64,000 bases of DNA from a virus (IMGVR_UViG_3300043427_002668); one strand, 5' to 3'; shown: positions 1 to 8,415, counted from the first letter of the stretch. A program made the numbers and translations. The notes: generated from the letters alone by a model not told the origin.

Positions 1-781
1 TTCCGAAGTTAACCATACCCTGACGGGTCTCAGCAATCTGACTGTTTAAAGCATTTAACTGAGAGTTAACTTGTGAAGACAGTGCTGCGAACTGGCTATT
101 GAAGAGACCATCTCTGGCACCCCAATAGTCGTGGCGGCAGTGGTTGAGGTCAGTGTTACGCTCAATCAGCATACGATTGAGTTCATCATTCTTGAGAGAA
201 TTGATGAGGTCACGGGTCTTCTCATTTTCATAAGAAACCTGCTTGCTGAGATCATACTTGCTCTCAGCAATCTCTTTGCTGAGTTGTGACTGTCCAAGTG
301 CTACAGCAGCAGCAACCTTAGCGGACTCAAGTGCAGCAGCAGTAGCAGTCTTCTCAGTGGCAAGAAGAATTTCACTGCTGAGTTTCTGAGCAGCAAGGTC
401 TTGAGTTGCTCTTAAAGCAGCAAGATCACGGGATTGATCAAAATCTCTTGCCTGACCAGAAATATAGAAATCAGTAGCTCTTTGCTGAATTTTATCAGCA
501 GCTTCGTCTACTTTAACTGCTGTGTTATGTCCTACGTTCAGAACATCACGGTTGGTTGCTTCTGAATGCTCAGCAATAGCGTATCTGGTATCACCAAAAC
601 CATTTGCTAATTCTCTACGAATATCGCCTTGACCGATAGCATTAGCATAACGGTTGTCAGCGGAACGAGTAGCAACATCGTAACGGATCTCACCACGCTC
701 TACAGAACCTTCTCTACGGATGTCTGAGTGCTGTGCTGAGAGTGCTGCCCAAGGATCGGGCATATAAACTGGATCTGCCAT
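1..781 (-). CDS. Ala-rich, probably coiled-coil hypothetical protein; 3' end runs off the window
   Basis: Not in the ORF track; translated by hand. ATG at 781 preceded by AGGAG, open for 260 codons to the edge (MADPVYMPDPWAALSAQHSDIRREG...ENEKTRDLINSLKNDELNRMLIERN...). Confidence 0.85.
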   Translation of the reverse strand, partial: MADPVYMPDPWAALSAQHSDIRREGSVERGEIRYDVATRSADNRYANAIGQGDIRRELANGFGDTRYAIAEHSEATNRDVLNVGHNTAVKVDEAADKIQQRATDFYISGQARDFDQSRDLAALRATQDLAAQKLSSEILLATEKTATAAALESAKVAAAVALGQSQLSKEIAESKYDLSKQVSYENEKTRDLINSLKNDELNRMLIERNTDLNHCRHDYWGARDGLFNSQFAALSSQVNSQLNALNSQIAETRQGMVNFG

Positions 782-798
782 TTTTTTCTCCTAAAGGT

Positions 799-1017
799 TA
801 ATCGGAGAGCAATACAATCCAATTCCTCCCTGACATAATGCCAGACGAATCGAGCCCACAGACGACCATAGGTGAATCGTCTGGGATTATTTCTCTTTGA
901 AATCGGACTGTATTACCCGATTAGAGATGAAGCATTAATGAAAGAACCATTTTTGGAATCTTTTAGTAATACATCTTATCTCTAATGAGAGGATTGCTCC
1001 TCGCAAGATTATTTATG
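799..1017 (-). ncRNA. Candidate structured 5' leader / cis-regulatory RNA
   Basis: About 230 nt non-coding stretch with several stems, a GAGGA-GCAA-TCCTC GNRA hairpin (989-1002) and a 19-bp long-range helix (799-820 with 905-923) whose G.U pairs form only on the minus strand. Confidence 0.55.
1010..1017 (-). promoter_or_regulatory. T4-type late promoter-like CATAAATA
   Basis: Matches NATAAATA, at the 5' end of the structured leader. Confidence 0.5.
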
Positions 1018-1026
1018 TAAATAAGA

Positions 1027-1170
1027 TTATAACCAAGAAATTTCTACTTCACGAGGAACTACTACAATTGATACTTCTGGAAGTTGAGATTTAGTATTTG
1101 CAAGTAAAGTTGCAATTTGTTCTGCAGTGTAAGTGTCTGGTACTTTAAGTACTAATGTTTTTGAATTCAT
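1027..1170 (-). CDS. Small hypothetical protein, 47 aa (MNSKTLVLKVPDTYTAEQIATLLANTKSQLPEVSIVVVPREVEISWL)
   Basis: Translated by hand; protein-like composition; co-oriented with neighbours. Confidence 0.55.
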   Translation of the reverse strand: MNSKTLVLKVPDTYTAEQIATLLANTKSQLPEVSIVVVPREVEISWL

Positions 1171-1199
1171 AATTTTCAATAGAGTGTACAGATTATATA

Positions 1200-1490
1200 T
1201 TAAGTTGAACGGTTTTTACGCTCACTTTGCCACTTTAAAAAACCTTCCATATTATTGGGATATTTTGGTTTCCCTCTACCTCTTGGTTTCTTCTGATTTT
1301 TCATTGCAATTTCATAGTTACTCCAACATAATTCAAGTTCTTCTGGACCATTATCGAAGTTATAAAAACCATCTATCCAAAAGTCAAACTGAGATTCGTT
1401 TTTCATATAATTGCACCACAATTTAAATGATGCAAATACGTATAACCATCCAAGTCTGAGTTTTGAAAAGAAGTCTTTGAGTGTAATCAT
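1200..1490 (-). CDS. Hypothetical protein, 96 aa
   Basis: AGGAG 5 nt upstream of ATG; basic C-terminus. Confidence 0.7.
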   Translation of the reverse strand: MITLKDFFSKLRLGWLYVFASFKLWCNYMKNESQFDFWIDGFYNFDNGPEELELCWSNYEIAMKNQKKPRGRGKPKYPNNMEGFLKWQSERKNRST

Positions 1491-1591
1491 AGATACTCCT
1501 TTAAACTCAGTATTATATATTTGCAGATCAAAACATAACAGTGCATTATAGGTATAACTTCTTATAATTACTTATGAGTTCTTTTTCTTTT

Positions 1592-2254
1592 ATGAAGATC
1601 TTTTTAGACACAGCAGATGTTTCGTTAATTGGTTCAGCATATGATACTGGACTATTGGATGGAGTCACCACAAATCCCACTTTGATTCTTAAAAGTGGAA
1701 GACAATTAAAAGAAGTTATCGAAAATATATCACAAGCATTTCCAGAGTTAGAAAGCATTTCCGCAGAAGTTGTCGCAGATGAAGCAGAGGAAATGCTTTC
1801 ACAAGCACAAAAGTATTACTCAATTGCACCAGCAGTTACAATCAAAGTTCCTTGTACTGTAGAAGGACTGAAAGCGTGTAACTTCTTATCAAAGCAAGGT
1901 ATCAAAACAAATGTAACTCTGGTGTTCTCTGTAGCACAAGCAATACTTGCTTCAAAGGCAGGAGCAACGTATATCTCACCATTCGTTGGTCGTTGGATGG
2001 ATAATTCGATTGATGGTATTGAACTCATCAAGAATATTCGTAAAGCATTTGATTACTCAGGGACTAGCACACAGATTCTTGCAGCATCTCTTCGTGATGT
2101 GAGGCAGGTAGAACAATCCGCTCTTGCTGGTGCTGATGTAGTTACGATTCCTCCGACAGTATTTTGGGGAATGTATAAGAACATTATGACTGAAAAAGGT
2201 CTTGAATTGTTTCAAAAAGATTGGAATGAGGTACTAAAAAATGAAGAAGTTTAA
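1592..2254 (+). CDS. talC: Phage transaldolase (TalC/MipB family)
   Basis: MKIFLDTAD start, GVTTNPTL, IKVPCT Schiff-base Lys, YISPFVGR, ILAASLR; start placed at the second ATG. Confidence 0.97.
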   Translation: MKIFLDTADVSLIGSAYDTGLLDGVTTNPTLILKSGRQLKEVIENISQAFPELESISAEVVADEAEEMLSQAQKYYSIAPAVTIKVPCTVEGLKACNFLSKQGIKTNVTLVFSVAQAILASKAGATYISPFVGRWMDNSIDGIELIKNIRKAFDYSGTSTQILAASLRDVRQVEQSALAGADVVTIPPTVFWGMYKNIMTEKGLELFQKDWNEVLKNEEV

Positions 2255-2741
2255 TAATTTTATTCTTAACATTACAATAGGAATTATTGATTTTCTTTAT
2301 TATGGATTACCAATTGAAAGGTTTTGGGTTCTTGAAACGATTGCAAGAGCGCCTTATTTTTCTTTTCTAAGTGTTCTTCATCTAAAAGAATCACTGGGAC
2401 TTAGAACAGAAGAGCATTATGATCTAATGAGAGAACACTTTGAGCAGACAGTCAATGAAACGGAACACCTCAGGGAAATGGAGTTACGTGGTGGAGCAGA
2501 TCGCTGGTTTGATCGCTTTTTCGCTTATCATTTGGTTCTCATCTACTATTGGGTTATGGTTGTCTATTATCTTCTTGATCCTGTTTCTGCTTATCACCTG
2601 AATGCTGGTGTTGAACTTCATGCAACAGAAACATATCTAAACTATCTTTGGTTCCACCCAAAGGATGAAAAGATTTCTCAAATTGCTGTAGATGAAATGA
2701 ACCACTATATTGAACTTAAAAAAGCAATGGAGTTGGTATGA
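2241..2741 (+). CDS. ptox: Plastoquinol terminal oxidase (alternative-oxidase di-iron family)
   Basis: FWVLETIARAPYF, NETEH, ELHATETY, DEMNH di-iron carboxylate motifs. Confidence 0.93.
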   Translation: MKKFNNFILNITIGIIDFLYYGLPIERFWVLETIARAPYFSFLSVLHLKESLGLRTEEHYDLMREHFEQTVNETEHLREMELRGGADRWFDRFFAYHLVLIYYWVMVVYYLLDPVSAYHLNAGVELHATETYLNYLWFHPKDEKISQIAVDEMNHYIELKKAMELV

Positions 2742-4063
2742 AGGGGTTAGTTATATTCGGAGCAACTGGAGATCTTTGTAAAAAGAAATTGATTCCAGCA
2801 TTGTATTCTTTACATAAGAAAAGTCTTTTGCCAAAAGGACTAAAGATCATCGGTGCCTCCAGAACCCAACACACCAAAGAAAGTTGGGTAGAAGTATTGG
2901 GAAGCTATTCTCAAGAGTTTATCAAAAGACTTGAATATGTTCCCTGTGATTTAAGTGATGCCGAATCTCTTAAGTCATTACACGATTATGGGGATATGAC
3001 ATACTTTCTGTCAGTTCCTCCAGAACGATATGCTGATGCTATTACAAACCTAAAAGAAGCAGGTAAGTTAGATGACGCAGAAAAATCTAGAGTTATTATT
3101 GAGAAACCTTTTGGCACCGATCTTCAATCTGCTAATTATTTACAATCTGTGGTTTCTGGATATCTACGCGAAAAACAAGTTTATCGCATTGACCATTATC
3201 TTGGTAAAGATACTGTTAATAACATTCTTGCCACTCGTTTTAGCAATATTCTTTTGGAACCACTATGGAATCGAAATTTTATAGAGGAAGTCCAAATCTT
3301 CGCAACTGAAACAATTGGATGTGAAGGTCGAGCACAGTATTACGATACTGCTGGTGCCGTAAGAGATATGCTCCAGAACCATATGCTTCAGGTTCTGGCA
3401 CTGATTGCTATGGAACCACCTTGTAGAAATGATGCAAGGGAAATCCGTAGAGAGAAAGTTAAGGTTCTAGCAGCCACCAGATTAGGTGATAATGTGGTCC
3501 TAGGACAATATGATGGATACAAGAGTGAGGAAGGTGTGAAGTATGACTCACAAACACCAACCTTTGTTGCTGGTGAGTTGTATATCGATAACTGGAGATG
3601 GAAAGGAGTTCCTTTTCACTTTATGACTGGTAAGAAAATGCCAGTTGGATGTGTGGAAGTTGTGATTAAATTTAAAGCACCTCCACAACAATTGTTTGAG
3701 GGTCACGAATGTAATGATCGAATTGTAATGAGATTACAACCAGATCCACACCTAGATATGCGTATTGATATTAAATCTCCAGGACTAAATGATATGGTAG
3801 AACCAGCACTTCTTCAGTATCATTATCCTGTAGAGAAAGCAATTGATGGTTATGTGAAACTGTTTTATGATGCGATTAATGAAGATCAATCACACTTTGT
3901 TCATGCGGATGAAGTGCTGGAGTCTTGGCGAATTGTTGATGATCTTCTTTGTACGGGAGATTATTGCCCTATTAATACAAGACCTTATTCTTATAAGGAA
4001 GGTGTTTGGGGACCAGAAGAAAAAGCAATTACAAAGTGGGATTATCCACTCAAATTAAAATAG
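2738..4063 (+). CDS. zwf: Glucose-6-phosphate dehydrogenase
   Basis: GATGDL, EKPFG, YRIDHYLGK, RDMLQNH motifs. Confidence 0.98.
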   Translation: MKGLVIFGATGDLCKKKLIPALYSLHKKSLLPKGLKIIGASRTQHTKESWVEVLGSYSQEFIKRLEYVPCDLSDAESLKSLHDYGDMTYFLSVPPERYADAITNLKEAGKLDDAEKSRVIIEKPFGTDLQSANYLQSVVSGYLREKQVYRIDHYLGKDTVNNILATRFSNILLEPLWNRNFIEEVQIFATETIGCEGRAQYYDTAGAVRDMLQNHMLQVLALIAMEPPCRNDAREIRREKVKVLAATRLGDNVVLGQYDGYKSEEGVKYDSQTPTFVAGELYIDNWRWKGVPFHFMTGKKMPVGCVEVVIKFKAPPQQLFEGHECNDRIVMRLQPDPHLDMRIDIKSPGLNDMVEPALLQYHYPVEKAIDGYVKLFYDAINEDQSHFVHADEVLESWRIVDDLLCTGDYCPINTRPYSYKEGVWGPEEKAITKWDYPLKLK

Positions 4064-4073
4064 GAGAAAGACT

Positions 4074-5096
4074 ATGAAAGTAGGAATGATCGGACTGGGA
4101 CGGATGGGAGAAGGAATGTCTCGTCGTATGATGAAGGCAGGTATTGAAGTTTGGGGATACCGCAGGAACTATGGGAAAGCAAAAGAAGCATTTGAGAAAG
4201 GATATGTAAATGGGGTTACGACAACGATTGAAACTTTAGTTAGAGTTGTTAAAACAGAGAATAAACCAGGAATTTTCCAGATGGTAGTTCCTGCCGAAAC
4301 AGTAGAGGAAACAATCAATGAGTTACTACGATTTTGTGGTGAAGGAGATATTATTATTGATCATGGCAATAGCAATTTTAAAGACAGTCGGAAGAGAGCA
4401 GAACGTTTGGCAAAGTTGGGTATCCAATATATTGATTGTGGCACTAGCGGGGGTGTTTATGGTCTGGATCGTGGATACTGTCTTATGGTTGGCGGTGGAG
4501 ATACTGCAGTCGCCACTTGTAAAAGCATTTTTAATGCCCTCGCTCCAGGAGTACACGCTGCCGAGAGGACTGAGTTTGACTCACCTGTAACCTCAGCAGA
4601 GCACGGTTGGTTGCACTGTGGTGGTCCAGGAGCAGGGCATTTTGTAAAGATGGTGCATAATGGCATTGAGTATGGTATTATGCAAGCATATGCAGAAGGA
4701 TTTAACATTATCAAGAATGCTAATAATGGAGCACAGTATGTTAGAGAAGGAGACGCTGAAGTTGCCCCTATGGCGGATCCAGAAAGTTACTGCTATGATA
4801 TTGATGTTGCTGAGGTTGCTGAGTTATGGCGTCGTGGTAGCGTTGTTGGTTCTTGGTTACTTGACCTTACTGCTTCTGTGTTGCGCCACAGCCCACAGCT
4901 TTCTAACTTCTCTGGAGGGGTATCCGACAGCGGTGAAGGTCGCTGGACGGTTAATGCTGCTGTGGATCTGGGGGTTCCCGCTCCTGTTATCACCACTGCT
5001 CTTTATGAAAGATTTAATTCACGCAATCTGGGTACTTTCGCAGCCAAGATTCTAAATGGTATGAGGTATATGTTTGGAGGACATCACGTTAGATGA
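4074..5096 (+). CDS. gnd: 6-phosphogluconate dehydrogenase (short, decarboxylating type)
   Basis: IGLGRMG, IIDHGNS, DCGTSGG, GHFVKMVHNGIEY, DSGEGRW motifs; AGGAG RBS. Confidence 0.97.
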   Translation: MKVGMIGLGRMGEGMSRRMMKAGIEVWGYRRNYGKAKEAFEKGYVNGVTTTIETLVRVVKTENKPGIFQMVVPAETVEETINELLRFCGEGDIIIDHGNSNFKDSRKRAERLAKLGIQYIDCGTSGGVYGLDRGYCLMVGGGDTAVATCKSIFNALAPGVHAAERTEFDSPVTSAEHGWLHCGGPGAGHFVKMVHNGIEYGIMQAYAEGFNIIKNANNGAQYVREGDAEVAPMADPESYCYDIDVAEVAELWRRGSVVGSWLLDLTASVLRHSPQLSNFSGGVSDSGEGRWTVNAAVDLGVPAPVITTALYERFNSRNLGTFAAKILNGMRYMFGGHHVR

Positions 5097-5218
5097 TTAC
5101 ATCAACAACACCATATAAACTTGCTGAGATTATTCGGGATACTTGGCCTGGTCTTTACAGGAAACCTCAAGCGTCCTATAATACCCAAAAGACTTCTAAA
5201 AATGAAAAAATACAATGA
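5093..5218 (+). CDS. Small protein, 41 aa (MITSTTPYKLAEIIRDTWPGLYRKPQASYNTQKTSKNEKIQ)
   Basis: ATGA overlap with the gnd stop; translated by hand; resembles a small ORF recalled from cyanophages. Confidence 0.6.
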   Translation: MITSTTPYKLAEIIRDTWPGLYRKPQASYNTQKTSKNEKIQ

Positions 5219-5534
5219 AGAATATTTTTCTGTAATTGAAACCAAAACTGGCAGAAAGATTGTTGATTGTGGATTAGAGGAAGATGCACTCGCAATGGTT
5301 GCTCTTGATCCACAAAACAGAACTTATACTAGAAATAAGTTTTTGATGGGACCCGTGGTAGACATTGAAATACCAAAAGCATTACCAACAAATGAAATTG
5401 TTGACTTAGGTGGTAAATGGGATGATCCAATCCCAGAGGGTATTGATCCTTATAATTTAAGGGGGAGACAACCTTTGCAACCAGTTAAAAAACAATTACC
5501 AGAAGATCAACGAATTCCAGTAAATCCTAAATAA
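5202..5534 (+). CDS. Hypothetical protein
   Basis: ORF track (start moved to MKKYNEEY); overlaps the upstream small ORF. Confidence 0.7.
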   Translation: MKKYNEEYFSVIETKTGRKIVDCGLEEDALAMVALDPQNRTYTRNKFLMGPVVDIEIPKALPTNEIVDLGGKWDDPIPEGIDPYNLRGRQPLQPVKKQLPEDQRIPVNPK

Positions 5535-5554
5535 TTTTCAGATTAATAAGAAAT

Positions 5555-5791
5555 ATGAAGTTCACAGTTTATTCCAAAGAAGGTTGTCCTTATTGCACTA
5601 AAGTACAACAAGTATTGCAATTAGCAAGTCTTGATCATGTTGTTTATAAACTTAATAAAGATTTTACAAGAGATCAATTTTATGCAGAATTTGGTCATGG
5701 ATCTACTTTCCCTCAAGTAATTGTAAACGATCAACATATTGGCGGATGCACTGACACGGTTCAATATCTAAAGGAACAAAATTTGGTTTAA
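5555..5791 (+). CDS. Glutaredoxin
   Basis: GCPYC active site, TFPQV and IGGC glutaredoxin motifs. Confidence 0.95.
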   Translation: MKFTVYSKEGCPYCTKVQQVLQLASLDHVVYKLNKDFTRDQFYAEFGHGSTFPQVIVNDQHIGGCTDTVQYLKEQNLV

Positions 5792-6150
5792 TGGAAAGCA
5801 CTCTTAATGAAATTTATAATGACGTAGAAAAGGCAATCGACTATGCCTTTCAAGGACATTTTGTATTGAAGTTTTATGATTATCTAAAAATTCGCGGAAC
5901 AAAAAGAATAGAAGTAAAGGAGTTTATTGAAAGCTCAACCGCAAGTGAAATAAGTAGTCTTGTAATGGACTTAGATGATTACTTAGAGGGAGGATCTGAC
6001 GAGATCCATAAACAACTTCGTGAAGGTTACGGACATATTCCAAAGCCAGAAGCAAGAAAAATAAGAAATTATCTTTATAATATACTTGAAGATGCGTGGA
6101 AATATGACCATGACAAAAAACCAGGGCGGCGGAAAAAGAAAACTAAATAA
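5791..6150 (+). CDS. Conserved cyanophage hypothetical protein
   Basis: TAATG overlap with glutaredoxin; 119 aa; basic tail. Confidence 0.8.
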   Translation: MESTLNEIYNDVEKAIDYAFQGHFVLKFYDYLKIRGTKRIEVKEFIESSTASEISSLVMDLDDYLEGGSDEIHKQLREGYGHIPKPEARKIRNYLYNILEDAWKYDHDKKPGRRKKKTK

Positions 6151-6316
6151 CTCAGAACCTCAAATTAATAGAGGTGTTGAGTTATTACTTAGGAATAGGA
6201 GAAGAAAATCAGAAAAACCAAAGACTTTTCAAGTGAAATTTGGTAAAATGATTTCTCTTTTCCGTAGAGAGTTTCATTTTTTTATAGAATTTCACTTTGA
6301 TGTTAGGAAAAAATAA
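6104..6316 (+). CDS. Basic hypothetical protein (start uncertain)
   Basis: ORF track; fills the gap in a tightly packed operon. Confidence 0.55.
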   Translation: MTMTKNQGGGKRKLNNSEPQINRGVELLLRNRRRKSEKPKTFQVKFGKMISLFRREFHFFIEFHFDVRKK

Positions 6317-6334
6317 ACTCTCTGGAGAAAACAA

Positions 6335-6565
6335 ATGGAAACAGCATATGTAATTACATTCACCGTAATGTTTACCTTGCTCTTTTTTATGGTAGGTAGT
6401 ATAATAGGTTGGTTAACATATAGGCATTTACTTGAATCAAGACCTCCATATTTACATCCAGAGTTTTTTGATGAAAACGGACAAGTAATACCGGACGAAA
6501 TTGTATCAGTGAGATTTGAAAACGATTATGACTACACCGACGAAGACGAGGAAGAAGACAACTGA
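6335..6565 (+). CDS. Small membrane protein
   Basis: GGAG RBS; N-terminal hydrophobic helix, acidic tail. Confidence 0.8.
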   Translation: METAYVITFTVMFTLLFFMVGSIIGWLTYRHLLESRPPYLHPEFFDENGQVIPDEIVSVRFENDYDYTDEDEEEDN

Positions 6566-7100
6566 AAACTCAGTTAATACTCTTCCAGTAAATCCATTTG
6601 CATTTGAGGTTCTAGAATTTGCCTCAAAGCAAAGAAGTAATGCAAAAAAAGTAGAAGTCCTTAAGACATACGAACATGATTCTCTTAAGGCTATTTTTAT
6701 TTGGAATTTTGATGATAGTGTTATTTCTCTACTTCCTGAAGGAGAAGTTCCTTATGCAAACGTAGATGAACAGTCTGTATATTCAGGAACTCTTTCTGAA
6801 AATCTTAGGATGGAAGCATCTGGAGGTGAGTTAGCCACAGGTCAAGATCTTGATGGCAGAGGAAAAACATCTCTTCGTAAAGAATGGCAAAATCTTTATC
6901 ATTATGTGAAAGGTGGAAATAATAGTCTTACTTCTATCCGTAGAGAAATGATGTTTATTAATCTTCTTAGAGGTCTTCATCCCAGAGAAGCTGATTTGTT
7001 GGTTCTTGTTAAGGATAAGAAGTTGACTGATAAATATAAGATCACTAAAGAAATCGTGAGCGAAGCATACCCAGACATTCAATGGGGAGGACGTTCATGA
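6528..7100 (+). CDS. Conserved T4-like cyanophage hypothetical protein
   Basis: Long ORF; RREMMFINLLRGLHPREA motif recalled from T4-like phages. Confidence 0.8.
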   Translation: MTTPTKTRKKTTENSVNTLPVNPFAFEVLEFASKQRSNAKKVEVLKTYEHDSLKAIFIWNFDDSVISLLPEGEVPYANVDEQSVYSGTLSENLRMEASGGELATGQDLDGRGKTSLRKEWQNLYHYVKGGNNSLTSIRREMMFINLLRGLHPREADLLVLVKDKKLTDKYKITKEIVSEAYPDIQWGGRS

Positions 7101-7435
7101 CAGTAGTTGTGGGGGAAAGAAAAAAAATGGCAGGATCATCAAAAAAAGAAAATCAAGTTCTGCCACATGAGTATGGATGTGAAGTTTTACTTGAAAAAAC
7201 AACTATTGATAAAGTCAAGGATCCATCTTTTCCAAATGATGCATATTTAATTTGGTATACTTCTGATGGAGAAACTCATATAGATCTTGTCAGATGCCCC
7301 AAAAGAGTAAATTTATTTGATATGTACTATGACAAATATGGTCCAGGTGCAGTTCAAAAAATTGATTTTGGATATGGCAGAATAAATCCCAAACTTTGGG
7401 GATATAAACAACCTGAGAAAAAGAAAAGAAAATGA
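7097..7435 (+). CDS. Conserved hypothetical protein
   Basis: ATGA overlap with the upstream stop. Confidence 0.75.
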   Translation: MTVVVGERKKMAGSSKKENQVLPHEYGCEVLLEKTTIDKVKDPSFPNDAYLIWYTSDGETHIDLVRCPKRVNLFDMYYDKYGPGAVQKIDFGYGRINPKLWGYKQPEKKKRK

Positions 7436-7644
7436 GTGCTGGATTTGGTGGAGATCCTAATCAAGGTAGACTTGGAAAGGATGCAAAAATTACTATTGAT
7501 TTAGATAACATTGATCATGTTCTAAAAAAATATAAAAAGATTAAAAAATATATGAAGTCTCCTTTATATGCTGTTAAAACAATGGACGGCACAGAAGAGA
7601 TTGTGAGTTCATTGATTAAGGAAGCGGAGGAGAATCCACTGTAA
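7432..7644 (+). CDS. Hypothetical protein
   Basis: ATGA overlap; 70 aa. Confidence 0.7.
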   Translation: MSAGFGGDPNQGRLGKDAKITIDLDNIDHVLKKYKKIKKYMKSPLYAVKTMDGTEEIVSSLIKEAEENPL

Positions 7645-7645
7645 A

Positions 7646-7972
7646 ATGGGGAAGCATTACTTACTTAACTTGTATGGATGCTCGTTTGTCCTTTTGGACG
7701 ACGAGCGTTGTCTTATAGACTTATTAGAAAACGCAGCAGCTGCAAGTGGTGCTACTGTAGTTCAGACCATTTCAAAGAAGTTTCATCCACAGGGAGTCAC
7801 TGTGATTTGCTTGTTGTCTGAAAGTCATATCAGTATCCATACATGGCCTGAGGAAGGTAAAGCAGCAGTGGATGTTTATACTTGTGGTGATTGTAATCCA
7901 AAGATTGGTTGTGATATTATCATTCAGCAACTTTATGCATCTAATCATACATTGAGTTACATAGAACGGTAA
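7646..7972 (+). CDS. speD: S-adenosylmethionine decarboxylase proenzyme
   Basis: MGKHYLLNLYGC, KKFHPQGVT, LSESHISIHTWPE autocleavage site, DVYTCG. Confidence 0.96.
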   Translation: MGKHYLLNLYGCSFVLLDDERCLIDLLENAAAASGATVVQTISKKFHPQGVTVICLLSESHISIHTWPEEGKAAVDVYTCGDCNPKIGCDIIIQQLYASNHTLSYIER

Positions 7973-7982
7973 CAAATGTTAC
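7969..7982 (+). promoter_or_regulatory. NtcA-type binding site GTA-N8-TAC
   Basis: GTAACAAATGTTAC exact consensus and palindromic, 8 nt upstream of a -35 box. Confidence 0.6.
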
Positions 7983-7990
7983 AAAGTTAG

Positions 7991-8019
7991 TTGCATATAT
8001 AAACCAACGGGTCTATAAT
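7991..8019 (+). promoter_or_regulatory. Sigma70-type promoter TTGCAT-17-TATAAT
   Basis: Consensus -10, 17-bp spacer; predicted start just before the first aptamer. Confidence 0.8.
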
Positions 8020-8026
8020 GATCCTA

Positions 8027-8110
8027 CGTTCATCCCTATGGGACGGAAGTAAGCCGACGCGGAACGGAACGTTCATCGGGAAACCGACGCAAACGCCGAC
8101 TGAAGGAACG
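8027..8110 (+). ncRNA. Tandem glutamine riboswitch aptamers (glnA / Downstream-peptide families)
   Basis: Two units closed by CGTTC/GGAACG (8027-8066, 8070-8110), each with an inner hairpin (TCCC-TATG-GGA; TCGG-GAAA-CCGA) and GCCGAC core; unit 2 ends CTGAAGGAACG; lies upstream of a DUF4278 ORF. Confidence 0.8.
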
Positions 8111-8143
8111 CTCTTTAACCTAAAAAACTAAGGAGAAAACCTA

Positions 8144-8281
8144 ATGTCTAAAGTAGTATATCGTGGCGTTGAATATGATACGCAAAAGCGTATTGCATAT
8201 CAACAGCAAATGATGCAACAACCCCAACAATACAACGAAACCTATCGTGGTGTTAAGTTTGTAAAGGAGGGACACAAATGA
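8144..8281 (+). CDS. DUF4278-family small protein, 45 aa
   Basis: Not in the ORF track; AAGGAG RBS; two YRGV motifs (MSKVVYRGVEYD...NETYRGVKFVKEGHK). Confidence 0.85.
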   Translation: MSKVVYRGVEYDTQKRIAYQQQMMQQPQQYNETYRGVKFVKEGHK

Positions 8282-8379
8282 ACACTTACTTCGTTCGTTA
8301 CCTTAAGAAAAAAGCAAAGAAGGAACAACTCCTTCATAACGCACAATTGAATATGGCTAAGCAACCACAAGTTGCTTAA
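8278..8379 (+). CDS. Small basic peptide, 33 aa (MNTYFVRYLKKKAKKEQLLHNAQLNMAKQPQVA)
   Basis: ATGA overlap, AAGGAGG RBS, followed directly by a terminator. Confidence 0.65.
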   Translation: MNTYFVRYLKKKAKKEQLLHNAQLNMAKQPQVA

Positions 8380-8385
8380 TAAATC

Positions 8386-8415
8386 AGAGAGGGACTTGAC
8401 TCCCTCTCTTTTTTT
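8386..8415 (+). terminator. Rho-independent terminator
   Basis: AGAGAGGGA-CTTGAC-TCCCTCTCT 9-bp stem plus T-tract. Confidence 0.85.

Noticed and set aside
7956-7996. GTTACA half-sites suggesting an RpaB HLR1 site
   Set aside because: GTTACATA and GTTACAAA are not spaced as the N2 direct repeat; the NtcA palindrome explains the second
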